A stretch of DNA of 64,000 nt from Lama glama (Eukaryota), in contig CM052816.1 of NCBI GenBank assembly GCA_028534125.1, positions 88,662,001 to 88,726,000 on the forward strand, read 5' to 3'. Shown in pieces: positions 36,583 to 50,778 of this stretch (positions are counted from its first letter, which is position 1; each line of letters opens with the position of its first letter). A model generated the notes under the pieces. The model was not told the origin of the DNA. It saw only the letters and a list, made by a program, of their open reading frames with translations, and ran no database searches. The translations under genes and the position numbers were made by a program.

Positions 36583-38989
36583 CCCAAATACTAACTGTGC
36601 AAAATTCTTTGTACCTACATTCTATTTTCATTATTACCTTTCAGGATCCAGGTTCCCAGGGTCCTTATCAATACCCTCTCCACCTCCTTATATATGGTTC
36701 AGATGAAAGAAAGTATGGGGCCTAATCTATTTAAGAATGAACTCAATATGGGAAAGCCTACTCTTTGTTGTGCATTTAAAGTCATTTTGATATATACTGA
36801 TTTCTCTTATTTTTTTTTTTTACAAACGTACAAACCTGCCCCCATGAAATTGGTTTCTAGTTTGAGAAAAAAAAAATGTTTCCAGTGAAGTGCTTTTACT
36901 TACTATGTGGTCATTTATTCGTAAATTTCCATCCTTAAATATAATAATTATTATGTATTTTCCTGGAGCCAATAAAATTTCTCTCAAAATAATTTATTTT
37001 GAGTTGACAACTAAATGACTACCCAGCAAATAGTTATAGAACAACACACCTGAAGTTCCTGGAATATCTTTAAAGAAAAATTTTATCTAAATTATTCTGT
37101 CATATTCAGGGAATAATTTATTTTGTTAAAGATTCTTTGGATAACTCTAATGAAAAATAAAAAAAGTGGAATAATTATAATCCTAGTGTTTACTCACTAG
37201 CATAGGTTTATAATGAATGTTTACCTCTCAACATTATATTAGAGAAGAAATAAGAGAAGAGGGATTTGGAAGAAATACATAGACACACATACACGCTCAC
37301 ACACATATATATATTCATAAACATACGAATATGTGTAACACATACATAATATATAAGCAGTAGTTTTATTAATTGCACTTTCACACTTGATAACCCCAAT
37401 CAAGTCATTCTGTGTTTCTGTATCCCTTCATAATTTTTGTTTTAGTGGTTTCAACATCAAAAACTATGTATTTTAGTTAAAAGTTAACAAATCAATGTCT
37501 ACTATAACCATTTCTGTTAAAGAAAGAAGTCTTTGCTTTTGAATATAAGAAATAACTGGTAATTATATTTAATCTTTATTAATGACTGTTATAAAGGCAA
37601 TTATTTTATTATAAAAATATTTAGAAACTTGAACAAAAACATGCAGCTCACTGAAGACTAATGAGATATGTTTTTCCCAAGAAACTAATTTTAATATACT
37701 CATTTTAATTTTAATTCCTCATTTTCACCAAATTATATAAACAACATAGAGATGTTTTATATGCAAAAAAGTGATTGAAAAACATAACAGAAGCATAATG
37801 ACCTCTAACAATTAGACAAACTGCAAACAAGAATACTCATTACAGATGTTGTACAATTAATTTTGTAAAAATGTTCCAGACACAATTTGGCAGAAGAAAG
37901 ATGTAGGGATTCCAAGGACAATTTATAGTCCTCATTTAAACTGTATTCTTTCCAATTAATGTCCAGTAATGAACTTTTAAAAATTTAACTTTTGAATATC
38001 TTGTTTTTCTATTTTATTATTTAATTCTTGGTCTTTAAATAAAACACTGGGAATTTTGAAGACTTGTGATTGTGATAAGTAAAAATATTGAGATTAGTCC
38101 CTGTGCTTTTCCATGTAAACAGCCAAGAGAATGCAGATATATAAAAATACATATAGTTCAATTATTACACATTTAGAGGCTTCCAGAAAAAAATTGAGAT
38201 GTAAAACACAAGTATCAGCATAGAAACAGTTCCAGCATTTTCTAAGAGAAATTGGAAATAACTCACTTGGGAATAAATTAAGAAACAACGGTAGTAAGTA
38301 CATAAAGCCTTTTAAACAAAAGACTTTTATGGCAAATGAAAGTAATTATCAAGAGGCTAAGTCTTGTATTTAATAAATCACAAGGAGTGCAAAAAAAAAA
38401 AAAAGTCCCGACCTTTGGATAAAAAATGCTAACATGAATTAATCTAAAAAAGAAGAAGAAAAAGCAGAGTCAGACTTCAGAGTTCATGAGATAAACCCTG
38501 CCTTTAGAATTGTGTTGATTACTTGGACTACTAGGACTGGAACCCAGCGTAAATGAATAAGACCCTAAACAAGCAATCAGGGCGGTATAGACTGAAATAA
38601 AGCCTACCACACATTCACAGAAATTCTCCAAGTTGGTAGTCAGGTAAAAAGAAGAAAATACGTATTTAAAAGAACTCCTACTACCCCCACTCCCAGTTTT
38701 TCTGTTGGTTTTTGTTTAATATCTTTGGGATATTTCCATAATCTCTCCACAAAGGAGTTGTCCCAACATTGCATACCTAGGCGAACTTCCTTAAATTACT
38801 CAGAAGTCTAAAATATTTTCGTATGTATTTTCTCTATACATAGAACTGTAATTTGTCAAACTGCCCCATGCTGAAAATTTGAAATGGAGATTCAGTTAGC
38901 ATCTAAATGGACTATCAGAGAGCTGATGATTCATCCAGCTGTTTGTCAGTACTGGGCTCCCTAAATTATGAGAGGAAGCAGAGTCATTC

Positions 38990-39200
38990 AGCAGTCAGGA
39001 GTCTGGTTACTTCCTGAAATCCACAATTCCAGATTCAAATCTCAACTCTATCACTTACTAAATACGTGACGTTGGGCAAATATCTCTAGCGTCTCCATTC
39101 TAGATACATTATCAGCTGGGGAAGGGGTGGGAAAACAGGGTAATGCTATGTACCTGCTAAAATCACTGTGAGGAATTAACAAAATAATTCCTGACAAATG
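38990..39200 (+). mobile_element. MIR SINE
   Basis: AGATTCAAATCTCAACTCTATCACTTACTAAATACGTGACGTTGGGCAA..CTGTGAGGAATTAA. Confidence 0.65.
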
Positions 39201-41583
39201 ATCAACTGACAATAAATTCTGGAAAGAGAGATTGAGACCGAGAGAGAGAGGGAGGGAAAGAGAGAGAAAACAAAATCTGAAGTATCAGAGAAGGAAAAAA
39301 ACTACTGCCTTTATGTTGAGAATAGAGAAAAGAAGAAAGAAAAAAAATTTTATGGGAAAAAATGTGCTTATTCTTCTTAATAAGAGCCTCACGATTGAGT
39401 TTCCAAGAAGCAGAGCTTAAGACAGTTTCATATGCTTAAAATGTTTCATATGCAAACATTTTACTGAACACAGGCTGTCATCAAGCTAGGGCAAGTCCCT
39501 GGAGTAATCTGATGTTAGTCAAAATTTAGGCAACTGGAGATGGGCTCGAATATCTAGGCACCCAACCACCCAGCCATTTCAACTCTCAGACCCACATGTT
39601 TCCTGCATAAGTTCACCATAACCAGGAGCACAAAAAGCTGCCCACCCTCAACCAGAGAGGAGAAAACTGTGCAGTTAGATTTATTCTCCAGATTCCAGCC
39701 ATCTGAGTTTGGAATAAAGAAGGGAAATAAATAAAACTAAAAGCTATTAGGTTTATGAAGAAATTTTAAATGCACTAACAGACCATTTAGAGAAAACTTC
39801 AGTTTTCAGATAAAAATTCCAAATTTAGTATGATTTTTTCAATCATTAAAAAAGAAAATAACTTAAGCTCAAAAAATCTGTATGAGAAAAATTACTGTTT
39901 TTTTCCCATTTAAATTAAATACATTAAACTCCAGTGAAATAAATTCAAAAATTCTTATTATAATTTGGACATTTGGGAGTTTTATGAAGTGTAGATTATA
40001 GTGTAATTATTTATTAATCTGTTTGGGTATTTTACTCCTTCAAGTGGACCATCTGGAATCAGTTTCCCTAGGTGGTATTCTTTTGTTTTTCTACAGGAGC
40101 TGTTACCCAATTGATCCTTCATGTTAGATCCTTGGCATCAATAAACATTTCTATAAAATGTGTGAAACAGTAACATAAATGATATGTAATTACAAAGTTT
40201 GACATATAATTATTGAAAATATTCCTAAATATACAGATTAGTTGCTTTACTATTTAAAAATAAAGGGCATAGCCAATGAAGTTTCCTGACTGAAATAAGT
40301 GTCTTTTCAGCACAACTATTTGAAAACTTTCAGGCTTTTCTTCTAAGCCATGTATCCAGTTTTCATTAATTTTGTTTCTTCTTTTTAGCACTTCATTACA
40401 GAAAGTCAGCTTAACTTTGGATTGGTTCTCTCTACAATATACAGTCTAAGGTAGTTTAAGAGATGCGTATTGTATTAATTTTTTTCATTTTACACATTAG
40501 CACATAATGAAACAAATTATGTGTTCTCAGCTCTGAATTACCAAAAGTGGTAGAAAATGGTAGAAAATAATTTCCACAGATTAGACTTTAAACGTAGAGC
40601 ATATTAAAAAACGTTTATTGCTTTTCTATGCACATCCTCTTTATATATTTAAAGTATTTTGTATAAATATCAGTGAAGAGGGGCCAGAAAATTACAGGAA
40701 TTTGTTTCAGATTCTATGACTAATGAAATTTAGAGCTTGTAATTGTGTAGGGTAACCCATTCTAAGGTCATCTCTTCTGGGGGATACAGTATTGAAGTCT
40801 TAAGTATGGGAGTTGGCTCTGGTTTGGGGGGTTCACTTGGATTTTTAAGCTGTTTTCATTGGGAAAAATTAACTTTCCTCTGATTTGCTTGGCCTTGTCT
40901 CTGCAGCTGAAATTCCTGTGTCATGGAAGGTAGAGAGCAAGAGGGACTCTTATTTTTGTTTTGTTTTGTTTGTTTGTTTGTTTTATGTTAACATGCCTCC
41001 TTTCATCTCCTTTCAATCAGTTATGCATCATCAAATGAAGAGCGCGTTCCTCATCAGTGGTTATTCTGTCATGTGTGTAGGGATGCAGAGTAAAAAAGTA
41101 ATAATTTCTGTATAAATTTTACTGGCAGTCTCTTTGTCTTCAATCTGCTTACCCTTTAAGACATGAATGCGTGCATTTCCATTTTGGAGTACATATACTT
41201 ACAATTTCAGATTTCTGATCCATCACCAGGGAAATAATATAGCTAAAAATTAAAAAAAAAAAAAAGAAAGAAAAAGGGAAGAAAAGAACTATGGCTCCAG
41301 AACTAGAGAGTCAATGCTTCTTTCTTAAACAACAATCTAGAGGAAGCTACTACTCTTAATTTATTTTTGATATATTATTATATGTCTTTTTGATATTTTG
41401 CTGTTATTATTATGTATTATGATAGTTTTAATGATTTCATTTTTATTACATACTTCAGTAACGAAGTTTCCCAAATTTCAGTTATATATTATGGCAGAGA
41501 CTGTTAGACAGGGATTCTGGAACTTATGTTTATACCACAAACCTAAATAATGAGGAGATGGTATTGAACTGGTATAAGAAAAT

Positions 41584-41853
41584 TGTTGACCTAAAACAAA
41601 TAGACCACCAGTTATTTCTCCAGACAAAAAAAAAAAAAAAGGAGGTTCATTCAGAATTAGAATCAAAAATTGCAATTCAGGAAGGGCTATAGTAAACAAG
41701 GATTCCATGGCTTTTCATTAGCTGAGTCCTTGCCCAGAAGGAAGAAGAGTCTCTTCCTGTTGGGACCTGCTATCTTTACAGATACGGTGAGAGTTCTCCA
41801 TTCTGGTCCCCTAACTCTATTCAGTTGGGGTTTTAGGTGGTTATTTTTTTTCA
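41584..41853 (-). mobile_element. Putative ERV solo LTR (family not identified)
   Basis: Starts TGTTGACC and ends TTTTCA. Internal CATTAGCTGAGTCCTTGCCCAGAAGG..CTTCCTGTTGGG is LTR-like. TSD not clear. Confidence 0.45.
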
Positions 41854-42030
41854 TGGAATAATTTGACCTATGGTAATTTCTATAAAAAAAACTTGATTTT
41901 AATTTTAGGGCAGATAATTGAAAAAGAGATGGATAATAAATGTCATAGACTTTTGCACAGCTGTGTTGGTGTGGTCTTAACAGTTCTGTCTTTTAAAAGG
42001 AAAATTAAGCTTCAGTATAAAATGTCATAT

Positions 42031-42055
42031 ACACACACACACACACACACACACA
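42031..42055. repeat. (AC)n microsatellite
   Basis: Directly visible. Confidence 0.95.
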
Positions 42056-43009
42056 GAGGCAAGAATCAATTATTTCATTCAAATAAAAGGGCTGTATTGT
42101 AGATGGGGTAGGATCCAGGGGTAGGAAAGTGCCCTTGGATGAATTGACAGGAGGTTAAGGAAATTCAGGCAAAATGGCGGACCCCAGAGTGCACATTACT
42201 GAGAATGATGTAGTAAGGAAGTAGCTGAGAATCTGTTGCCTGAAAGATGTCAATGATATTAAATAGAAAGAGTCATAGGAGATATTTTTCACTCGAACTT
42301 GACAATGAAGTGGCTTCTCCTACTGAAGTAATAGAATAAAATGCCATTCTTCACCTCAGCTCCTGGAGAAAATGATGTCTCAGCCAGAGATCAAAGAGAG
42401 CAGTGATTCAGGTTTTAGAGAAAGCTGCCCAGGGAAGCAAACAGAAAAAATGCTTGCTACATTTAACAAACTAAACCAGCAGCCATTGTGTGGGAGAGTA
42501 TATTGTGGGAAAGAAAAGCCTCACCACATTTCCAGGGTAAAGACTCTGCAAAAGTGGAAAGGAGTTTTAAATGTGAAGCAACATATATCGTTGATCCTAA
42601 AGTTGGCAGTGGGTAAGAAAACCAAGGGTGCTCAAGGAAAAAAAACAAAAACAAAAACAAAAAAACTCGGGCTGGACTGAGACAGACTACCGCTTCTGCC
42701 ATATTGACAGTGTCCCTATTATATTTTAAATTAAAAATAGTAGTTACAGTTACATTCATTTAAAAATTATTGCATATTTAACCCATGTTTTTAATCACAG
42801 TATCTGCATTTCATTATTCTCAAAAAAACCTTCTGTCATCTTCAGAAGCCTAAAATGTGGGAGTTTACTTCAGGTAATTGTCACATGGTTTAGATGGATC
42901 TTAACAGATTACTAGTAATAAGAATTCAGTGCTTACATCACAATTATAAGTATAGTTAAAATATTGAATACATTTTTCTCTTTTATAAAGCAAAGATATT
43001 AGTTAATTT

Positions 43010-43258
43010 GGAAGGGACATGGGCTTTTGAGTGAAATACCTGGATTTGATGCATCCTTCATGTTTCTTATCTTTATAACTGTGGGGCATTTATTTGATTT
43101 CTTTGCATCACATTACCTCAAATATATAAAATATGACTAATAAAAGTTACAATTCAAGGTTATTATCAACATGAAATTGGATAATGTATATAAGATACTG
43201 AACTCAGTACATGGTATAGAAAAAATACTCACCATTGTTTTACGGTTACTGTTGTTAT
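43010..43258 (+). mobile_element. MIR SINE
   Basis: CATGGGCTTTTGAGTGAAATACCTGGATTTGA..TATAAAAT..TAATAAAAGTTAC..GGTTATT..GATAATGTATATAA..AGTACATGGTATAG. Confidence 0.65.
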
Positions 43259-45079
43259 CAATACTTAAATTTCAATTAATAGTTCTTCTAAGATGAGATG
43301 ACATTACTTGCTGTAAAATTATTTTTAAAGAAAAGATTTTTAAGTGAACAGAAGCCTTTTTATATTATACATCAGGTTATTTACTTCAGATAGTTAAAAC
43401 AGTACAGCTCACAGGAATTATTTTGGCTCCTAACAATTTGTACTGAGCATGTAAGAAAGAGAATTTGAAGTTTGATTGTTAAAAAAGATATAAAAATGTA
43501 TTCAAAATTTTTATGAACATTTAGGTATGCATTTTTCAAAACTGATTAGTTGAAATTTATCCTCCAGCCATGAAGGCAAGAGTACAAAGACAACATTTCT
43601 TCTGTTATAAATTCCTCGGAATGTTTGGTGCAGTGTATTTTAATTTTTCACATAATAGAGTAGGAGGTATTTTCTCTGTCCAAATACTAGATTTTTTTAG
43701 GGAGGGTTAAAGAAATAAGCAGGTTTAGAAATTGTTCTGGAACATTCAAATAATATGTTTTCTATAATTCATTTTCTTCTTATTTCTTCTTAAGATCCCA
43801 TGACAATAAACATAGTTGCTTTTTTTTTTTACTGCTCCATTTTTTTTTTACTGCTCCCACTGTTGCTTTTTTTTAAATCCCAGGAAATAAAAATTTTCCA
43901 AGTGCAGAGGGCACACAGTCTCCCTTCAATATGTCCTCCCGATGCTGAGTGCAAAATTGGTTTCAGAAAGAAAATTGCTGACATTAAGCAAGCGTCTAAC
44001 TTGGCAACCGATTGCAACATATTTCTATATGATGTTGCAAGATGTATTGGAAAAAGGACTTTTCATACCCTTAGAGACTGTTGCTCTATTCCCAGGGAAA
44101 TTGAAAAAAATTAAAAAGTTATACCTGCACTCTAGTTCTTGTTTCATAGAACACGGCAATAGGGGAACAACTTTCTGAGCTTCTCTACTCTTCAATAGAG
44201 AGAGTGACATTATCTGTTTGTGTGCTTTCCTCAGTCAAGGAAGGTCTTCAAGTGGCACACTTCAACTCTTTCAGATATAAGATAATTGATCGCATTGCCA
44301 GTATTTTCTTTAGACAGATATTTTATATGAAAAATGTTCAACACAAAATAATGCTTCAGCTAATTTAATCTACTTTGTTTTTAAATTATACTTAATAACA
44401 ATTTATATCTCACTGCTTCCTAATTTAATTAGGCTTATGATAACATTTCCTTTCAAAGGACATAATGATATGTGTGCTAGGTTATTTGGGGTTGTAAGGT
44501 TTGAAAACATGTATATGTCTTACAAATTAGTGAGTTTTTTACTATTGTGAATATAATGAGAACAGCAGTGATCTCATAGATAAACCTGATGAAGACCAAA
44601 CCACCCTTAAGAAAAAAACAGTATCTCTTGGTACCCAAAAATAATTCACATAATTGAGCTGTATTCGTGGTTTCTATGGAGATTTTCATTTACTCCACAT
44701 CTTTCTCTATTTTTAAACTTACTTCCTTCTTATCAGGACCTATTCCTGGTCTAGTAGAAGTAACGACCTTTCAGAAGTGGCCAGTTTGCCCGTAATAAGC
44801 GTTCTTCCCCCCCGCTAGTTTCTCCTTACTGTCATGTCTGTGTTATTCTTGGTCTCTGCTTCTGGAACAGCAGTCCCCCACTATGTAACTTTTTTCTGTT
44901 CTCCGTAGCCTTCCCTCATCTAATTCATAATATCTTTTAAATTAAGTCTTCAGCTTAAGTAGAGCTTCTCCTGCCTCATGTTTCAAGCTTAATGTATCAT
45001 CTTAATTCATCTTTCAGCTCCTATCCCTGCAATAAATTGCTACCACTATCTTATGTCTCACATCCAAATTATCTAGAAT

Positions 45080-45190
45080 TCATCGTTATTCAGTAAATCA
45101 CTACTCTTTGCCAGGCATTGTTATATGACAAAAAGATAAAGCCCCGAACCTAGCTGAAGTCCCTGCCTTCACTGTATTTGCAATCAGAGC
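45080..45190 (-). mobile_element. L2 3' fragment
   Basis: CTACTCTTTGCCAGGCATTGTT..AGTCCCTGCCTTCA resembles the antisense L2 tail. Confidence 0.45.
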
Positions 45191-45969
45191 TCTGATTAGT
45201 TCAGGAAAATTCAATAAGCATTTCCCCTTACGCCGAACTCTCTTGCCAAACTATTCGATGCATAGTCAATAAGTTAGTGGCCCCTTGGATCAAAGTACAC
45301 ATGCTAATCTAATCAACTTTGGGCAGAGGGGCAGGATTTTTCCTCAGCTTTTCTAAATGAGGAATGTGAATACAGCCAGGACAAAATCCCCACATCCTAC
45401 TTCCAAAACAAGTGGTTTGATAAAAAACAAAAGTTTTCAGTAAAATGTAATAAAGTGGTTGCTTTGATAAATGACAGACTATGTGTTATTTTCTCTTAGT
45501 TTTATTTTTTAAAATGTATACTGTTTGTTTCAGTTAAGTTTATTTCAGTATTTTGCTTAAGTGAACACAAAACTAAATTCACTTTGCCTATATAGTTTGG
45601 AAATAAGAAAATAATGTTTTCAGTGCATGCTCATATATTTATTAATGTCCATTCTTCCACTTTGCTTTAAATAAAAAATGTTTCTTCAGAAATAGATTTC
45701 TCCCCTCCATAACTCTAAAGAGATATTTTTGTATCGTAAGTAGAAGAAAAAGTCCATATGAATCTTTGATGTACATATTATTCACACATTGAAATTCTAT
45801 AAACAGTATTAATATTTTTAAAGGTTTTATTTTTAATATTCTGTAAAGCTTATTTTTAAGCACTGGAAATGTGGATCTATTAATGATAATATATTTAGCC
45901 AATACATATGTTTATGTATATTATGTATACAAACCCATTTTCCACTGAAACTAATAGCCAAAGTAAAGT

Positions 45970-46400
45970 TGTGGTACTTTGAATCTGCCTAGTTGGAATT
46001 AGATGTTCAAGAGATTTACAGGAAAAAACACCTTTGCAAGCTGAGGGGAAGTAACAGGAACAGGCAGAGAGAGCCTTCAGCCACTATAAGCTTCTGACGT
46101 GTGTGAAAGAGAGGAAAGAAGGAAGACTGGGTCAAATGAGTAGCAGAAAGCAGCCCAATTCTAAACATGTTTTGGCCAGGGCAGTAGATGTTCCTAAGCC
46201 AGATGTCCCCCCCCCCACCGTAGTGGGCAGGAGTGGGCAGGACTGGGCCTTAGTAGCACCTTGCTGTGCCCAGTCACTGGCCAGGAACAGCTATGGGAAG
46301 GTGGCTTTGGAGCACAAGTAGTAGGGGGAGCAGAGAGGAATCCTCTAGAGCTGTCAGTCAACTGTGTGCCCCAACCAGCTGCTTGGCCCGGTTTCACCGC
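45970..46400 (-). mobile_element. LTR16-family (ERVL) LTR
   Basis: CAGGCAGAGAGAGCCTTCAG..CTGACGTGTGTGAAAGAGAG..GAAGGAAGACTGGGT..TTTTGGCCAGG..GGGCCTTAGTA..TGCCCAGTCACTGGCCAGGAACAGC..GCTGTCAGTCAACT. Confidence 0.75.
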
Positions 46401-46803
46401 AGAGGCAAACCTCAACTTCCCTTTTCATATACTAAAGTGAGAATTTGTTTTAGAACAAAGACTAGCAAATTGCCTAGTTCTGATAAGCCAATCATGAAGA
46501 AGGGATTTTCTACATGACATTTAGATTACATTTGGTTTTCCACCAAGACATTGCATTAAACACATCCTAAAGTGGGCTTTTCCCAACTGAAATCTTTACA
46601 GCACGTTATTTTTGTTTGTTTTTGTTTTGTTTTCTTTTAACCTCAGCTGAAGAGCTTTCTATAAGTCCTTAATCAAGTTCATCAAAAATATATTGTTGTA
46701 AATCCCTAATCTCAAACCCTGGTTTTATCATTTAATATGTTATCTAGTTTTCCCTGGTAAAGATCTTCATCTGTTTCTAAAGCAAAAATTCTGTCCTGTT
46801 CTG

Positions 46804-47120
46804 AATATCAGTCAGGATGGGCTATACAGTGCTGCAGCAATAAGCAACCTCTAAATCTAAAAAAATGTCAGTGACTAACAGAGGTCAGCAAACGGACTTA
46901 GTCACCCGTGGATACAGCTGGTAAAAGTCCATTGTGACTTATCCAGCATCACTCACAAAGCCTCTTTTAGGAACCTTGTATAAATCCCTTCTGCTCAAGT
47001 GCCATTGGTCAAAACCAGTGATACAGCCCCATGTAAATTTAAGCAGGGTAGGATACTGTCATCTTGTTAGTTTCACAGAGGGAGAAAAACTGAGTACTAC
47101 GAGCAGCCCTAATACTTACA
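46804..47120 (-). mobile_element. Old MLT1 (K/L-like) LTR, partial
   Basis: ATCAGTCAGGATGGGCTA..TGCTGCAGCAATAAGCAACC..CTTCTGCTCA..CATTGGTCAAAACCAGT..GAGCAGCCCTAAT. Confidence 0.6.
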
Positions 47121-47439
47121 TCATTGTTAAAATTTTTTATTTAGAGTAATGCAAGTTACAGAACCTGGATGTATAATTTTTTTCATCTTAAATTACCATA
47201 TTTCATTAAATAACCACTGTAGGTACATTTATTCAGTCAACTACAAAACACTGAATACTTCTATCTGGTTTGATGTACATTTTTATTTTGTGCATCAGAA
47301 ACTTACGAGGCTTTACCAAGTGTCATCATAAAATCAGTAAGCCCAATGTTGAAGATATTTAATTATTTTAAAATAAAGCAGTCCTGAGACTTAGGGAATA
47401 TAATAATGCTGCAATTAAGTGGTCTTCAGATCCCTTTGA

Positions 47440-47665
47440 AAGTTTTCAAAGTCCTGTTATTCAAGTGGCTTGACTGTTCATTATTACTGTGACTCTGGGA
47501 AAATTACTGAACTTCTCTGTGCCTCAGCTTCCCTGTGTATAGCATGGGAATGATTAAAAAAAATGCTTTAACACATGGTTGACTTGAGGATGTATTAGAT
47601 AATGTGTGTAAATCTCTTAGTGTGGGTCTGTATGAGAAATGCATGAGTGTGTTAGCTAATGTTCT
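47440..47665 (+). mobile_element. MIR SINE
   Basis: MIR core CTGTGACTCTGGGAAAATTACTGAACTTCTCTGTGCCTCAGCTTCC..TGAGGAT..AGATAATGTGTGTAAA. Confidence 0.75.
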
Positions 47666-47769
47666 ATAATATGAGAATGTAGCACATAATTATTTTGCAA
47701 ACTTTTCTTTTGCTTTAAAGTGTATAGTAGATGTAGGTTCAGGTTAATACAAGCAGATTAATGTATCCT

Positions 47770-48010
47770 TTAATAATGACAACATCCCAATTATAACAGA
47801 AAAATTTATTTTAAAATTCCGTATGCAAAGCCTTCCAATTTTTATTTTGCTTTCTTTTGCCACACTAAACAATGCTGCAAAACCATTACTGTATATTCAG
47901 CTCTGCATATCAGTGTATTTACTCAATTCACATTGCTGGGTTATAAGGCACATGCACTTTTGAGTCTAGTAGATACCTGCATCTTATTTTCTCAAAGTGT
48001 AGCAACTGAC
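47770..48010 (-). mobile_element. L1ME-like 3' fragment
   Basis: TTCCAATTTTT..AAACAATGCTGCAA..ATTGCTGGGTTATAAGG..TAGATACC. Confidence 0.55.
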
Positions 48011-49369
48011 AAGTGCACTGCACTATATAATAGTCTCCAGATTGCTAAAAATTCATTAAGAAATATTCTTTACTCTTATAGAGCTAGAGGTTTCTAAAAT
48101 GTCTGCATGTGTGTATTTAATAAAGCAACACTGTAATTTTATCATAGAGGTCAACACAGTGCCCAGAACTCTGTAATTACACAATGTATTTTGATTACAA
48201 TATTGTGGTTAAGCCAATTGGAGAACATATAATTATATGTAATGATGGCATTACAAATATACTTGTTCTAATGTCATCAGGCCTAATCAGAAAAACTTGT
48301 GTGTATGTAAAAAAGTCAAGTAAATAAAAAAATCATCATCATTATTATCTATAACCCACTATGTAATTACTGAAATTTGGTTATTAAGTTTACTCATTTA
48401 CCGGCTTGACACAGTTATTTTAATTCAAGATCATAAAATTAATTTTCTCTACTTTCATTATGTTTTTCTATATCTATAGCACACAGTTTAAATCAATATT
48501 CAAAGTGAATATATTATAACTAATTTTTAAAAGTCTACATAAATGTTATATATTTGTCTCATACCCAGCAAATTGTTAAAAGGACAATTATTATTTAATC
48601 AAGGCTATATGACAGAGAGAAATAAACCCAGATGTCTCAGAGAATTTTTGTTATTGAAGATTTTTCCACTGCTGATTTCCAGGTGAATATTATATTGAAA
48701 ATTTTAAAATAAGAGATACATTTCTGATAATGAAATATATACTTTAGTTCATTCACATGGCAAGCAACTAAATTTTATGGACACAGAACACATCGAATTT
48801 ACAACTAGTTATATATTATGTTGTGTGTGTGTGTGTATGTGTCACAGTATGTAGTTAGGTACTAACATTTTGTATTTTATAGAATTTGTTTACTGTGAGC
48901 AAGGTATTCTACATACATAAAAGCAACCAAAATAGTCAAAATTTGCTCTACAGAAAAAAGTTGTTTCCAGTATCCTCTTTCTCACCTTGACATCCCTTTT
49001 TTTGTCAAATGGTTCCAACTGTCTTCATGATTATTAGAACTTTGATGTTTGGCTAAGTATGCAAATAAGTGAAAAGATCTGTCTTTTTTCAATAACAAAA
49101 AAGTAGCAGTAGTTGGCCAGCCCACACTGTCTCCACAAACATGGATGCTACTGAATCGATACTTGACATTATTCATTTCCAGTTGCCTTTAGATAAGTGA
49201 TTAAAACTTTAACACAAAAAAGATAATTTTGAAATTAACTCAAGGCATATACCATTAACTGAATCAAGTGAAGATTTTGACAGAATTTAGATCATGTCAA
49301 TCATGCTATTTGGATGATTTTTTCTTAATATGTTTAAAACTTAGTTGAAATAGAATAGGGCAATAATAT

Positions 49370-49847
49370 ACTATTTCACCTAACAAACAACAAAAACAAG
49401 AAAACCTGGAGAGTGGTTAAAAGCAGGAATGGAAGTTTATGCAGAGTTTGATGGTAAGCAGTGCAGCAATTGTAGGGCAATTCCACTAACATCAGAGATC
49501 CCCTCTCCTTGTGTCATGTTCTCGTCCTTCAGTTATAGCTGGTACAGCATGGACCAGACATGCTGTCTGCAGAAGGTCCTACCACATGTCACATCCACAT
49601 ATCTAGGCAGAATTAGGAAGGAAAAAAAGACACATCAGATTCTTTATAAAGAAACTTCCTGGAAGCCACACACATCACTTTGATATTTTTACTGTGGATT
49701 TAATTACATGACTAAAATTATCGTAAGAAAAATATGGAAATTCAATCTTTATTCCTAAGTGGACATTTGTCTAGCTAAATATTGTGGATTCTATTAGTAA
49801 GAAAGAAAGAAAATAGATATTGAGGACTATCAGCAGTCTATACTATA
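49370..49847 (-). mobile_element. MLT1J-like LTR
   Basis: TCACATCCACAT..AGGCAG..AAACTTCCTGGAAGCC..GGAAATT..TCTTTATTC..CTAGCTAAA..GATTCTATTAGTAAGAAAGAA..ATAGATATTG..CAGCAGTCT. Confidence 0.7.
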
Positions 49848-50243
49848 GGTATTTAGAGATGAGATCCAGAACAGAATAATGCATTGGGGAATTTTTTAAA
49901 ATAATAAAACAAGGACAATAAAGGTTAAATTACAAAGCAATCTAGAGAAGAGGGAGAAGTGAATGTCAGTATTCTGTGGTCAGAGATATGAGTGGATATT
50001 GAAAATCCTGTAGGAATTGCAAACCTGAGTGTTTCAGTATCTGAGATGAGGCTGTGCTGTTGGGTACTGACTAGATGTACGCTTTTAGACACAAAAAAGT
50101 AGATGCTCTGTGACTATGTTCTGATGTGTAAAATAGATGTGTCAAACTCTGATATTTTTAAAACGTATTTTGAATTATTGGTATAAGTCATTGTCTTTTA
50201 GATCAAATAGAACTCTGAGTCTCTGGTCATAAATACTTAATTA

Positions 50244-50735
50244 TGTGTACAAACAGCCAATCAAAAAAATGGTCAGAAATACTTAATAGACATTTCTCTA
50301 AAAAAGACATCCAGATGGCCAACAGGCACAAATAGATTCTCAATATCACTAATTATTAGAGAAATGCAAATCAAAACTATAATGAGGTATCACCTCACAC
50401 CTGTCAGAATGGCCATCATTAAAAAAATCTACAAATAGTTTCTTCTATTCCCATCTTTTCTGTGTGGAGGAAAAGGAATCCTCCTGCACTGTTGGTGGGA
50501 ATGTAAATTGGTGCAGCCACTATGGAGGACAGTATGGAGGTTTTTTAAAAACTAAAAATAGACTTATCATATGACCTAGCAATCCCACTCCTGGACATAT
50601 ATCTGGAGAAAACTATCATTTGAAAAGATACATGCACCCCAATTTTCATAGCAGCACTATTTACAATTACCAAGACATGGAAACAACCTAAATGTCCATC
50701 AACAGATGATTGGATAAAGAAGATGTGATATTTAT

Positions 50736-50778
<43 letters not shown>

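Noticed and set aside
38400..39900. Possible very old L1 5'/ORF1 or HAL1 fragments
   Set aside because: A-rich and suggestive, but too degraded to place boundaries by eye.
50438..50463. Pyrimidine-rich ~25 bp replacing expected L1 sequence
   Set aside because: Too short to trace. Probably a repair patch or local indel; not a clear inversion of the consensus.
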